Shown here: one piece after another, positions 25,493 to 34,669 of the stretch
Layout: every line of letters begins with the position of its first letter
Position numbering within the stretch: position 1 is the stretch's first letter
From: an uncultured Verrucomicrobiota bacterium
GTDB lineage: Bacteria > Verrucomicrobiota > Kiritimatiellia > CAIVKH01
Assembly (NCBI GenBank): GCA_964441655.1
Contig: CAYTVN010000001.1
Location: 1-58,705, forward strand
Length of the DNA stretch: 58,705 nucleotides
Reading direction: 5' to 3'
Notes under the pieces: model-generated
What the model saw: the letters and a program-made list of their open reading frames with translations, nothing else
Database searches by the model: none
What the model was told of the DNA's origin: nothing
Position numbers and translations under genes: made by a program

Positions 25493-26746
25493 ATGAGCGA
25501 TATCAACTGGCACAAAATCATGCGCCGCACCAACATTCTGGTGCATGTCCTCGGTTATCTGGCCCTGGGCCTGGGCGCCATCATCGCCCTGGGTGCGCTG
25601 CTTCAGGACGATCTGTCCCCCACGCGCCCCCGCCTGCTGAGCCTGGCCATCAAGTACGGGATCGGCGGCAGCGCCTTGCTGCTCCTCCGCTTCTTGGTCT
25701 ACACGCTGCCCCATCTGCTCACCACCCGCCGCTCACCCACCCATCAGCGACGCCGCGCCCTGTCGCGAAATCAAATTCCCGGCCCGGCCCGGGATCCGCG
25801 CGGCGGCGGCGTGCTCGTGCTGGTCCTGGTCCTGCTGGCCCTGTTGTCCGTGCTGCTGGTCCAGTCCCACGCCCTGGCCCGCCACCGTCTGCGCGCCGAG
25901 GAGTCGGCCCGCGCCACCGCCGACCTTCGCCGCACCGCCACCGCCGCTGTGTTTGCCGCCCTGCAACGACTGGCCGACGATCCGGACCTGGCCGTGGATA
26001 CCACCAACGAAAGCTGGGCCGTGCGGGAGGAAATCACCACCCCGCAAGGCATCAGCACGCTCACCCGGGTGTGGGACGAAAACCGGCGCTTTGATCTGAA
26101 CAACCTCGCCCTGGCCGATCAGGGCGAAGCGCGCGCGACGGACGAAATCCTCATGGACATGCTGACCCTGTGCGGCGATTTCACCCCGGTGGCCAAGGTG
26201 GGCGCGGTGCGCGATTTCCTGGATCCGAATGCGACCGGCCTGCACGAGGCGGATCTATACAGCAAGCGCACCCCGCCCGAAGTCTGCGCCAACCGCACCC
26301 TGCACGCCTGGGGTGAACTGCTCGCCGTGCCCGGCTGGACGCGCGAACAGTTCGAACGCAAAGCCCGCTTTGGCGCCGACCGCACCTTTGACGGTGACCT
26401 GATCGATTGCCTCACCCTGATCCCGACCCCGCGCGAAAAACCGCTGCCCATCAACATCAACACCGCCTCCCGCGAAACCCTTACCGGCGTGCTGGGACTG
26501 GGGCAGGACGCCCTGGTGGCCACCATCCTGACCCTGCGATCCTTGAAGCCCATCCGCGACCTGGAGTCCATCGCCCTCATGGCCGAGCCGGGGGTCTTCG
26601 AATCCGTCCGGCCCTATCTTGCGGTGCAAAGCCAGTGGTTCGGCATCGAAACGCTGGCCTTCGCCGATGGACACACGGAGCGGGTACGCGCCCTGGCCTC
26701 ACGCACACGGGAAGGGCGGGTGGACGTGGTGCAATGGCTGCTCTAA
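25493..26746 (+). CDS. GspK-like type II secretion minor pseudopilin with ~100-aa two-TM N-terminal extension
   Basis: Pseudopilin-like hydrophobic segment GGGVLVLVLVLLALLSVLL. T2SSK-type C-terminal HhH sequence PININTASRETLTGVLGLGQDALVATILTLRSLKPIRDLESI. The frame is open from 25412. The core might start internally. Confidence 0.65.
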   Translation: MSDINWHKIMRRTNILVHVLGYLALGLGAIIALGALLQDDLSPTRPRLLSLAIKYGIGGSALLLLRFLVYTLPHLLTTRRSPTHQRRRALSRNQIPGPARDPRGGGVLVLVLVLLALLSVLLVQSHALARHRLRAEESARATADLRRTATAAVFAALQRLADDPDLAVDTTNESWAVREEITTPQGISTLTRVWDENRRFDLNNLALADQGEARATDEILMDMLTLCGDFTPVAKVGAVRDFLDPNATGLHEADLYSKRTPPEVCANRTLHAWGELLAVPGWTREQFERKARFGADRTFDGDLIDCLTLIPTPREKPLPININTASRETLTGVLGLGQDALVATILTLRSLKPIRDLESIALMAEPGVFESVRPYLAVQSQWFGIETLAFADGHTERVRALASRTREGRVDVVQWLL

Positions 26747-28119
26747 GCCCCACCCCCCAGCCGGCTCTCCTCGGCGGACGCTCCTGGGTGGGAGTGGATC
26801 TGGCCGACGACCAGCTCATCGCATGCCGGGCCACCCGTCAGCGCGGAGGCGCCTCCTTCGCTCCCGTCGCCCAGCCGCCGGATGCGCAGCGCCCGGTCAT
26901 CGCCGCGCTTCCCGCCCATACCGCCTTCCTCCGCCGCCTGCGGGCCCCGTTCGCATCCGTGGCGAAAGCGGAAAAAGTATGGCCCTCGCTGCTGGATATT
27001 GAGCTGCCCTTCCCGCTGGACGCCGCCGTCTTTACTTTTTTGAAACCGGTTCGCACGCCCGACGGCCAGGTCGAGATCATCGCCGTGGCCGCGCGACGGG
27101 AGGATGTGGAAGCCTGGCAGGAGCGCCTGAAGCGCGCCGGTTGTACGCCGTGGCGCCTGGACCACGAGGGCCTGGCCCTGTGGTCGCTCAGCCTAACCGA
27201 TCCGCCCCTGCCCCACACCACTGGCCGCCTGGTGTGCTATGTCGGGCCCGACCGCACCGCCCTGGCGTGGGGCCGCGGACCCGATCTGCTGGCCGCCAGC
27301 GGACTGCGGGTGGGCGCGCGCGAGTTGTTCGATCCCGAGCGCGGTGAGGCCGCGCGGCGAAGCTGGGCCCAGCGAGCCGGCCAGTTTCTGCGCGCGCAAA
27401 ATGTGCCAGCCGACACGCCGGTGCAATGGGCGTGGTGCGGGCCGGGGCTGAAGCGACGCGATCAGGTGACCCTGCTGGCGGACGGTCTGGACCTGCCGGC
27501 GGGGACCACGGTATTCACCCACCGGGAGCCCGAGAATTTTCTGGCCCGCGCCCTGGGCGCCCGCGCCGTGCGCGCCGACGTCACCGCCTGCACCCTGCTG
27601 CCCGCAGACCGGACCCCGCCCGCGCTGCAACGCATCGAGCGCCGCCAGGCCCTGCGCGGTCCCCTGGCCCTGGCCGCCGCCGCACTTTTGCTGATCGGCG
27701 TTAATGCAGGCTGGCTCTGGTGGCTGGACGCGCAGCGGGCCCGCGTGCAAACCGCGATCCAGCGCCTGGCCACCGAACTCAGCGAAAACGCCAGTGTGCC
27801 GCGCGGCCAGGAAGTCCTGGTCACCGAACGCGCCCTGAACGAACAGGCCCCGGGCCTGCTGCCCTTCCGAAACGCCTTTGCCTCGTCGCTGCAAAGTACC
27901 CTGGACCTGGTGCTCCATGAAGCCGCCAAACGCAACATGACCCTGACCACCCTGAGCCTGTCCGGTCAGAATCTGGTATGCAGTGGTCACGCCGCGGACT
28001 GGAACCAGGGCGAGGCGCTGGCCGGCGAACTCAACCGGGCGGGCTGGCTGACCGAAGTGGAAAAACGCGACGCCGCGGCAGATGAACGCGTGGCCTTCAC
28101 CCTGAAGGCGTCCCGATGA
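26734..28119 (+). CDS. GspL / PilM-PilN-fusion-like assembly protein
   Basis: N-terminal actin-like region (WVGVDLADDQLIA...), one TM helix (LALAAAALLLIGVNAGWLWWL), a coiled coil, then an alpha/beta C-terminal domain. ATG 26734 overlaps the GspK-like 3' end. Confidence 0.5.
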   Translation: MAALSPTPQPALLGGRSWVGVDLADDQLIACRATRQRGGASFAPVAQPPDAQRPVIAALPAHTAFLRRLRAPFASVAKAEKVWPSLLDIELPFPLDAAVFTFLKPVRTPDGQVEIIAVAARREDVEAWQERLKRAGCTPWRLDHEGLALWSLSLTDPPLPHTTGRLVCYVGPDRTALAWGRGPDLLAASGLRVGARELFDPERGEAARRSWAQRAGQFLRAQNVPADTPVQWAWCGPGLKRRDQVTLLADGLDLPAGTTVFTHREPENFLARALGARAVRADVTACTLLPADRTPPALQRIERRQALRGPLALAAAALLLIGVNAGWLWWLDAQRARVQTAIQRLATELSENASVPRGQEVLVTERALNEQAPGLLPFRNAFASSLQSTLDLVLHEAAKRNMTLTTLSLSGQNLVCSGHAADWNQGEALAGELNRAGWLTEVEKRDAAADERVAFTLKASR

Positions 28120-28613
28120 AAGCACCACGCCCCCTCCTGCTCAGCGCCATCCTGCTCGCCGTGGTCGCCCTCGGCCTGACCGTCCACACAGTGATCGGCA
28201 CGCCTCGCGCACTCGCCCAGCTGGCCCGACGACACGGCGACCTGCTACAGTTGCACGGCCTGTCCGAACACAACGCCGACAACCGCAAAGCACTCACCAC
28301 CTACGAGGCCACCGCCGACGGGGCGCCCGACCTGGCCGCCTGGAGCCGGGAACACCTGCCCGACCTGGCGGTGGAAATCACCGACCGCGAAACCCTCCCC
28401 CTGCGAACCGGTTGGGCGGTGCGCCGGGTTGACGTACGCCTGGCAGACGTTACGCTGGACGGGGTTGGTCAACTGCTGGCCGGGGCCGAAGCCCTGCGCC
28501 CGCCGTGGCGCGCCGTCGAGCTTCAGATGAACGCGACCGGCGAGGCGGGACGCGGGCAGGCCAGCCTGGTCATGGAAACCGTCATCCGGCAAAACAGCGG
28601 AACAACGCCTTGA
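28116..28613 (+). CDS. GspM/PilO-like small bitopic membrane protein
   Basis: MKAPRPLLLSAILLAVVALGLTV TM helix plus ~130-aa periplasmic domain. ATGA overlap with the upstream gene. The assignment rests on size, topology and context only. Confidence 0.4.
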   Translation: MKAPRPLLLSAILLAVVALGLTVHTVIGTPRALAQLARRHGDLLQLHGLSEHNADNRKALTTYEATADGAPDLAAWSREHLPDLAVEITDRETLPLRTGWAVRRVDVRLADVTLDGVGQLLAGAEALRPPWRAVELQMNATGEAGRGQASLVMETVIRQNSGTTP

Positions 28614-29413
28614 AAAATGCCTTCCAGGAAATCTTCGCCCGCCGGGAGTTGCTGTGGAACCTCACCCAGCGCGAGCTCAAGCTGCGCTACCGCGGCTCCG
28701 TGCTGGGCTTCCTGTGGAGCATCCTGATTCCTCTTTTTATGGCCGTCATCTATGTGATCTTCCTGCGCCTGCTGGGCGGACGGGGCGTCCCCCTGACCGA
28801 CATCATCATCGGCGTATTCGCCTGGCAGTTCACCGTGCAGTGCGTGAACGGCGGCCTGTTCTGCATTTCCGGCAATTCAAACCTGGTCAAGAAAGTCTAT
28901 TTCCCGCGCCTGATCCTGCCCCTGTCCTCCACCCTGGCCAATCTCGTCACCTACCTGCTAAGCCTGCTGGTTCAGTTCCCCTTCCTGGCCGCGCTTTACC
29001 ACTTCATGGGGGGCAGCTTCAGCCCGTGGATGGTCCTGCTGCCCGCGGTGATCCTGTTGCACTTTCTGTTTAATCTCGCCCTGACCTTGTTCCTGGCCGC
29101 CATCAACGTCTACGTACGCGACGCCCAGCACCTGGTCGGCATCCTGCTCAGCGCCTGGTTTTTTGTGAGCCCGGTCATGTACAACCTGAGCTTCGTAAAC
29201 CGGGTGGCGGAACAACATCCGTGGGTGCCCCACCTGTTCCTGCTCAACCCGCTCACCGTGATCCTCACCGCGTATCGCGCGGTCATCTCCACCGGAGTCA
29301 CCTTCCCCTGGGAAACGGCCAGCATGATCGCCATCGCCATCATTCTTGGTCTGACGGTGGCTTCGTGGATCCTGTTCCAGAAATTGCAGAAGGATTTTGC
29401 GGACAAGCTGTAG
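28610..29413 (+). CDS. ABC-2 polysaccharide/O-antigen export permease (Wzm/TagG-like)
   Basis: RELLWNLTQRELKLRYRGSVLGFLWSILIPLFM with six TM helices. No in-frame ATG is suitably placed. TTG 28610 overlaps the upstream TGA, and GTG 28505 is the alternative. Confidence 0.8.
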   Translation: MKNAFQEIFARRELLWNLTQRELKLRYRGSVLGFLWSILIPLFMAVIYVIFLRLLGGRGVPLTDIIIGVFAWQFTVQCVNGGLFCISGNSNLVKKVYFPRLILPLSSTLANLVTYLLSLLVQFPFLAALYHFMGGSFSPWMVLLPAVILLHFLFNLALTLFLAAINVYVRDAQHLVGILLSAWFFVSPVMYNLSFVNRVAEQHPWVPHLFLLNPLTVILTAYRAVISTGVTFPWETASMIAIAIILGLTVASWILFQKLQKDFADKL

Positions 29414-29427
29414 GACTCACTGGAAAA

Positions 29428-30612
29428 ATGACCTCCCCCGCCATACGCGTAGAAAATCTCGGCAAGTGCTACCCCATGCGCGGGGTGGCCGGTCGTTCGC
29501 TGCGCGACCTGCTCGTTCACGGGTTCCGCCGTACGAACACGCCCACGTTCTGGGCCCTGCGCAACGTCTCCTTCGCGGTGCCCCGGGGTAGCACGGTCGG
29601 GGTGGTCGGCCCCAACGGATCGGGCAAGAGTTCCATGCTCGGTCTGCTGGCCGGTACCATCACCCCCACCGAAGGCACCGTTCACACCGAAGGGCGCATG
29701 TCCTCCCTGCTGGAGCTGGGCGCGGGGTTTCATCCCGACATGTCGGGGCGGGAAAACGTGTTTCTTAACGGCGCCCTGCTGGGCATCCCGCGCGAGGACA
29801 TCAGCCGCCGCATGGATCACATCATTGACTTCGCCGGCCTGCGCGACTTCATCGACATGCCGGTGCGTAACTATTCCAGCGGCATGTACGTGCGCCTGGG
29901 CTTCGCGGTGGCGGTGGAGATGGACCCCGAAATCCTGCTTATCGACGAAGTGCTGGCCGTGGGCGACATGGCCTTCCAGATGAAGTGCTTCGATCGCCTG
30001 CGCGAATTCAAGCAGCGCGGGAAAACCATTCTGCTCGTGTCCCACGACCTGGTGGCCGTGGAATCCTTCTGCGACGAGGTGAAGCTCATCCACCAGAGCA
30101 AGCTGGTGGCCCAGGGTGAACCATCCGAGGTCATCCTGACTTACATGAAGACGTACATGGCCCGCATCGGCCAGCTCAACGTGGAGGAACACGGCACCCG
30201 CGATATTGAGTTCGGCCAGGTGCGCCTGCTGAACGCGAGCGGCCAGGAAACGGGCACCCTGGTCACCGGCGAAAAGCTGGTGGTGGAAATTCCTTATTTC
30301 GCGCGCACACGGATCGAGCATCCGGTGTTCGGCTACTCTATCAAAACCGGCAACGGCTTTTTTATCTACGGCACCAACACCCAGATCATGAAGGTCCCCA
30401 TGGGTCCCGCGGAAGGGCACGGCGTGGTGCGCCTGAACTTCGAGCCGCTGACCTTGATGGAGGGCAAATACTTCCTGTCCCTGGCCATCCACTCCGAGGA
30501 TCACGCCACCCAGTACCACCGCCGCGAGGATTGGTACCCGTTTGCCGTGAAAAACGCGTCCTCCGCCCACGGCGTCTTCCAGCTCAACAGCCGCTGGGAA
30601 CAAGGCGTATAA
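29428..30612 (+). CDS. Polysaccharide ABC exporter ATP-binding protein with C-terminal Wzt_C-like domain (Wzt/TagH-like)
   Basis: FWALRNVSFAVPRGSTVGVVGPNGSGKSSML, YSSGMYVRLGFAVA, ILLIDEVLAVGD, plus a ~150-aa beta-rich C-terminal extension. Confidence 0.88.
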   Translation: MTSPAIRVENLGKCYPMRGVAGRSLRDLLVHGFRRTNTPTFWALRNVSFAVPRGSTVGVVGPNGSGKSSMLGLLAGTITPTEGTVHTEGRMSSLLELGAGFHPDMSGRENVFLNGALLGIPREDISRRMDHIIDFAGLRDFIDMPVRNYSSGMYVRLGFAVAVEMDPEILLIDEVLAVGDMAFQMKCFDRLREFKQRGKTILLVSHDLVAVESFCDEVKLIHQSKLVAQGEPSEVILTYMKTYMARIGQLNVEEHGTRDIEFGQVRLLNASGQETGTLVTGEKLVVEIPYFARTRIEHPVFGYSIKTGNGFFIYGTNTQIMKVPMGPAEGHGVVRLNFEPLTLMEGKYFLSLAIHSEDHATQYHRREDWYPFAVKNASSAHGVFQLNSRWEQGV

Positions 30613-30733
30613 GCTTTTTCGTGTAAGTTAAAGCTTTGCGGGTTTTTTCCCGATTTTTCCTTCTCATTCGTATCCATTCCTGATACTCAATCTGCCGAGG
30701 TCAAGCTGGCATCGTGATGCCGGTTTATAGGAA

Positions 30734-31774
30734 ATGAGCGGGGAAGCAGAAATGAGGTCAGCTTCTAACCCGGAGAAACGGCGCGGTTCCAAGCGTCGTC
30801 GCTCCGCGCGTTCGTCTGCCGTCAACATCTACCAGGTGGCCCGGCAGGCCAAGGTTTCCATCGTCACGGTTTCCCGCGTATTCAACGACTATCCCCACGT
30901 CAGCCGCGCCATGCGCGAGCACGTCCTGGAAGCAGCCCGGCAGGTGGGCTATCAACCGCGCCTGGTCACCAAGCGAAACCTGATCGGGGTGCTGGTGGGC
31001 AGGCTGGAGGATCTGGCCGCGGGCGAACAAACCTCCCGCCTGGTGCTGGCCCTCATGCGCGCCGCCGCCAGCCGGGGCTACCTGTTGGAATTTATTCCCG
31101 CCCCGTCCGCCGAGCGGGCCACCCAGCACCTGGCCGATGGACTGATCGCACTCGGCCTCTCCAACCTCGAGCTGGCCGGCCTGCGCAACCTGCCCTCGGT
31201 TCCCCGCGTGGCCCTGAACAACCAGAGCGTGGACGACAGCTGGAACGTGGTGTCCGTGGATCCGGCGGATGAGGTCCTGATGGCGGTCCGACACCTGGCC
31301 GAACAAGGCCACACGAAAATCACCCTCGTTCACAGCAATAGCAAGACCTGGCAGGAACAACAGCGCGAAGAGGGATTCCACGCCGCGCTGAATCAATTCG
31401 GTCTGGACGGCCACCACATCGTGCAATGCCCCTACCGGCTGCCCACCTCCGAACTGGCCCACAAGATCATGGCCACGCGCTGTACCGGCTGCATCTGCCT
31501 GTGCCACCATGGCGGACTGCCGGTGCTGGATGGCATGCAAAACGAACTGGGCATGAAGGTGCCGGACGATCTCTCCCTGATCACCCTGGAAAACAACCGG
31601 GTCAGCGCCTACCTGAAGCCCCGACTCACCACCATCGAGCAACCGCTGGATCTGCTGGCCGAGACCACCCTGTCCGCCTTGATGCAGTCGGGGCCGAAAC
31701 TGCAGGAACGGTTGGTCACCGTGCTCAAGAGCCAGCTCATTGAGCGGGATTCGGTGCGTCCCCCGAAGTCGTAA
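30734..31774 (+). CDS. LacI-family transcriptional regulator
   Basis: HTH sequence NIYQVARQAKVSIVTVSRVFNDYPHVSRAMREHVLEAARQVGYQP plus a periplasmic-binding-fold C-terminal domain. The 3' end overlaps the convergent tcdA by 38 nt. Confidence 0.85.
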   Translation: MSGEAEMRSASNPEKRRGSKRRRSARSSAVNIYQVARQAKVSIVTVSRVFNDYPHVSRAMREHVLEAARQVGYQPRLVTKRNLIGVLVGRLEDLAAGEQTSRLVLALMRAAASRGYLLEFIPAPSAERATQHLADGLIALGLSNLELAGLRNLPSVPRVALNNQSVDDSWNVVSVDPADEVLMAVRHLAEQGHTKITLVHSNSKTWQEQQREEGFHAALNQFGLDGHHIVQCPYRLPTSELAHKIMATRCTGCICLCHHGGLPVLDGMQNELGMKVPDDLSLITLENNRVSAYLKPRLTTIEQPLDLLAETTLSALMQSGPKLQERLVTVLKSQLIERDSVRPPKS

Positions 31775-32534
31775 GATCGTTCACCACGCGCGCCGCGACC
31801 AGGAACCCGAACACCCCGGTCACAAAAGTGGCCGCCCCCAGACGTCCGTCACAGGCCAGGCGGGCCCCTTCATCGCCAAACAGCTCCGGATCGGCGCCGT
31901 TCTCCGGCGCAGGACAGACGTCACCCATACGCACCGGCTCAGGCGAAAACACGGCCGGGACACCAAACTTTTTACGGCCGCGCGGGGTAAAGCCGTGATA
32001 CTTGCGCAGCAGCTTGCGGGTGAACATCAGTAGTCGATCGTGATGCACCTCCGACAGATCCGCCACCCGCACCTGGGCCGGGTCCATCTTGCCGCCGGCG
32101 GCTCCGCAAGTGATGACCGGGATGCCCCGCCGGTGGGCATGGCCAATCAGGGTGGCCTTCGCAGTCACCCCGTCCGCGGCGTCCACCACGTAATCATACG
32201 GTTCCGGAAAAAAATCATCCGCCTGCTGGCGCACGAAGAAGGCCGCCCGCTCGGTGACCCGGCAAGCCGCATGAATGGACCGGACCCGCTCCGCCATCAC
32301 TTCGGCCTTGGGCCGGCCCACCGTGCCCTCCACGGCATGCAGCTGCCGGTTGATGTTGGACACGCACACATCGTCGCCATCCACCAGGGTCAGCGCCCCC
32401 ACCCCGGAACGGGCCAGCGCCTCCACCACCCACGAGCCCACCCCGCCCAGCCCCACCACCATCACATGGGCGCGCGCCAACCGCGCCAAGCCCACGGACC
32501 CGTACAGTTTCTGGATGCCATCAAAACGTTTCAT
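31737..32534 (-). CDS. tcdA: tRNA threonylcarbamoyladenosine dehydratase (ThiF-family)
   Basis: RFDGIQKLYGSVGLARLARAHVMVVGLGGVGSWVVEALARSGVGALTLVDGDDVCVSNINRQ. Confidence 0.85.
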   Translation of the reverse strand: MKRFDGIQKLYGSVGLARLARAHVMVVGLGGVGSWVVEALARSGVGALTLVDGDDVCVSNINRQLHAVEGTVGRPKAEVMAERVRSIHAACRVTERAAFFVRQQADDFFPEPYDYVVDAADGVTAKATLIGHAHRRGIPVITCGAAGGKMDPAQVRVADLSEVHHDRLLMFTRKLLRKYHGFTPRGRKKFGVPAVFSPEPVRMGDVCPAPENGADPELFGDEGARLACDGRLGAATFVTGVFGFLVAARVVNDLTTSGDAPNPAQ

Positions 32535-32617
32535 ACCGGCTATGAATCAGATTTACCAAACCCCGTGTAATCGCCTATGGTCAGTCATCATAATCACGTG
32601 ATGGGAGACGCGCGAAG

Positions 32618-34669
32618 ATGAAATACTGCTTCAGTCCTGCCGGCTTGCTGCTGTTTTCGCTATCCTCGGTGAGCGTGCTGGCTCAGGGCACCCTCGCGCC
32701 TCCGGGAGCACCCGCCCCCTCCATGCGCACGCTTCAGCAGATCGAGCCGCGCACCCCCATCACCAGCCTGCCCTATAGCATCACCCAACCCGGATCCTAC
32801 TACGTGGAGTCCGATCTCACCGCGGCCGTGGGCAGTTCCGGCATCCTCATCGTTACCAACGACGTATCCCTGGATCTCCAGGGCTTCACCCTGCGGGGGG
32901 CCACCAATTCTGCCTACGGTGTGAGAATGATCGGCATTCGCCGCAACATCCTCATCCGCCACGGCATTATCCGGGGCTTTACGGTCGGGGTGGACACGCC
33001 CGGGGCCGACAACAGCCGCTACGAAGACCTGCGCGTCGGGTCCAACCGGGGGGACGGCCTGCGCATCGGGCAATACGGAGTAGTGGAAAACTGTTCGGTC
33101 ATGGAAAACGGCGGGGATGGCATCGACGGCTATCAGGGCTGCGTCATGCGCGGATGCGTGGTCTCCAGCAATACCCTCAACGGAATTCTGGTGGGCGCCG
33201 ACAGCACGGTGGTGGACTGCCTGGCCCAGGACAACACCCTGGCCGGCCTCCGGGTCGGGGACGGCAGCACGGTGGAGCGATGCCAGGTCCTGCGCAGCGG
33301 GACCAGCGGCATCATCCTGTACCGGAACAGCGTGGTGCGGGAATGCACGGTGTTGAACGCCCTCCAGGCCGGCATCCTGGTCACCAACCAGAGCAACCTC
33401 ATCGAAATCAACCGGGTGGCCCGCAACGGCACCGGCCTTCAGGTAACCGGCCATAACAATGTGATCCGGGAAAACCAGGTCGGGCAGAACGGAGTAAACT
33501 ATGATTTCGCCGCGAACAATCAGCTCAACCTGCTGTTGAGTGAAATCCCCGAAACCCTGGCGTGGCCCTGCGCAGTATCGCTGGTCGGCACCCTGGTCTG
33601 TTCCTCCAATACGGTTAATGGCATCACGGTGAATGCCAACGATGTGACCATCGATCTGGCGGGCCACGCCCTGGTGGGGCCCGGAGCCAGCTCCGGCCAC
33701 GGCATTTATCAGCCGACCTCCAACCGCAACCTGCGGGTCTACCATGGCTCGGTCATCAACTGGCTGGGCGCCAATAAAGCCGGCCTCAACGCGGGACGCG
33801 CCGCGCTCGTGAACGATCTCCTCGCGACCACCAACTACCTGGGTTTCTATGCCAATGAAAACGGCGTATTCACCCGCTGTGTGGCCTCGGGCAACCAGTC
33901 CCATGGCTTCCGACTCTTTCTCGGTTGTGAAGCCCAGCAGTGCATCGCGCAAAACAATGCCGGATCAGGATTCTCCGGTTCCGATGGTGGGGCCTTCCGG
34001 GATTGCCTGGCCATCGCGAATACCAACAACGGGTACAACGCCGGAAACAGCACCACCTTTTCGGGTTGTGTGGCTGATTCGAATGAAGGACCTGGGTTCT
34101 GGCTCGGATATGGCTGTGCCTTGGCCGAGTGCAGCGCGAACTTCAATCACTCTTATGGCTTTCGAAGCTCGGATGCGGCTTTCGCCAACTGCATTGCCGT
34201 GTACAATCTGGATCATGGATTCTACTCGGACGGGGGCACCCTGCATCATTGCACCTCCGAACTGAACCAAGGCACGGGCATTTATCTTGGTAGCATCGGA
34301 GTCATTCAGGACTGTGATGTATCCGGCAATAATTTGGACGGCATCTACGTAAGCACTGGAGCCCGAGTCAGCGGCTGCTCGCTTAATGTCAACGGCCTGA
34401 ACAGCAACGGATCCGGCATTCACGTGGTGGGTCACGACAACGTCATAGAAGATAATCTTTCCTATGGCAGTGATCGCGGCTTTGAGGTGGCATCTTCAGG
34501 AAACTTCCTGTCCCGCAACAAGGCCAGCGGCAACAGTACCAACTGGGTGGTGGCCGCGGGCAATGTCTGCCTGGTGGTTCAAGCCAGCACCAACGCGGTG
34601 GCCATCAACGGTAATACCGGCGGGGTCGCCCCGGGGAACACGGATCCCAATGCAAACTTCACTTTCTAG
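32618..34669 (+). CDS. Secreted right-handed parallel beta-helix repeat protein
   Basis: Signal peptide MKYCFSPAGLLLFSLSSVSVLAQG. Many ~22-aa repeats of N-x-G-x-G-(I/F) type (NGGDGIDG, NTLNGILVG, NTLAGLRVG, NAGSGFSG, NEGPGFWL, NLDGIYVS). Confidence 0.75.
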   Translation: MKYCFSPAGLLLFSLSSVSVLAQGTLAPPGAPAPSMRTLQQIEPRTPITSLPYSITQPGSYYVESDLTAAVGSSGILIVTNDVSLDLQGFTLRGATNSAYGVRMIGIRRNILIRHGIIRGFTVGVDTPGADNSRYEDLRVGSNRGDGLRIGQYGVVENCSVMENGGDGIDGYQGCVMRGCVVSSNTLNGILVGADSTVVDCLAQDNTLAGLRVGDGSTVERCQVLRSGTSGIILYRNSVVRECTVLNALQAGILVTNQSNLIEINRVARNGTGLQVTGHNNVIRENQVGQNGVNYDFAANNQLNLLLSEIPETLAWPCAVSLVGTLVCSSNTVNGITVNANDVTIDLAGHALVGPGASSGHGIYQPTSNRNLRVYHGSVINWLGANKAGLNAGRAALVNDLLATTNYLGFYANENGVFTRCVASGNQSHGFRLFLGCEAQQCIAQNNAGSGFSGSDGGAFRDCLAIANTNNGYNAGNSTTFSGCVADSNEGPGFWLGYGCALAECSANFNHSYGFRSSDAAFANCIAVYNLDHGFYSDGGTLHHCTSELNQGTGIYLGSIGVIQDCDVSGNNLDGIYVSTGARVSGCSLNVNGLNSNGSGIHVVGHDNVIEDNLSYGSDRGFEVASSGNFLSRNKASGNSTNWVVAAGNVCLVVQASTNAVAINGNTGGVAPGNTDPNANFTF

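Noticed and set aside
29110-30603. 497-aa minus-strand ORF
   Set aside because: It is entirely antisense to the Wzm/Wzt genes, which carry unambiguous ABC motifs. The translation is Arg/Gly/Ala/His/Val-rich with no recognisable motif. This is a typical stop-poor antisense frame in high-GC DNA.
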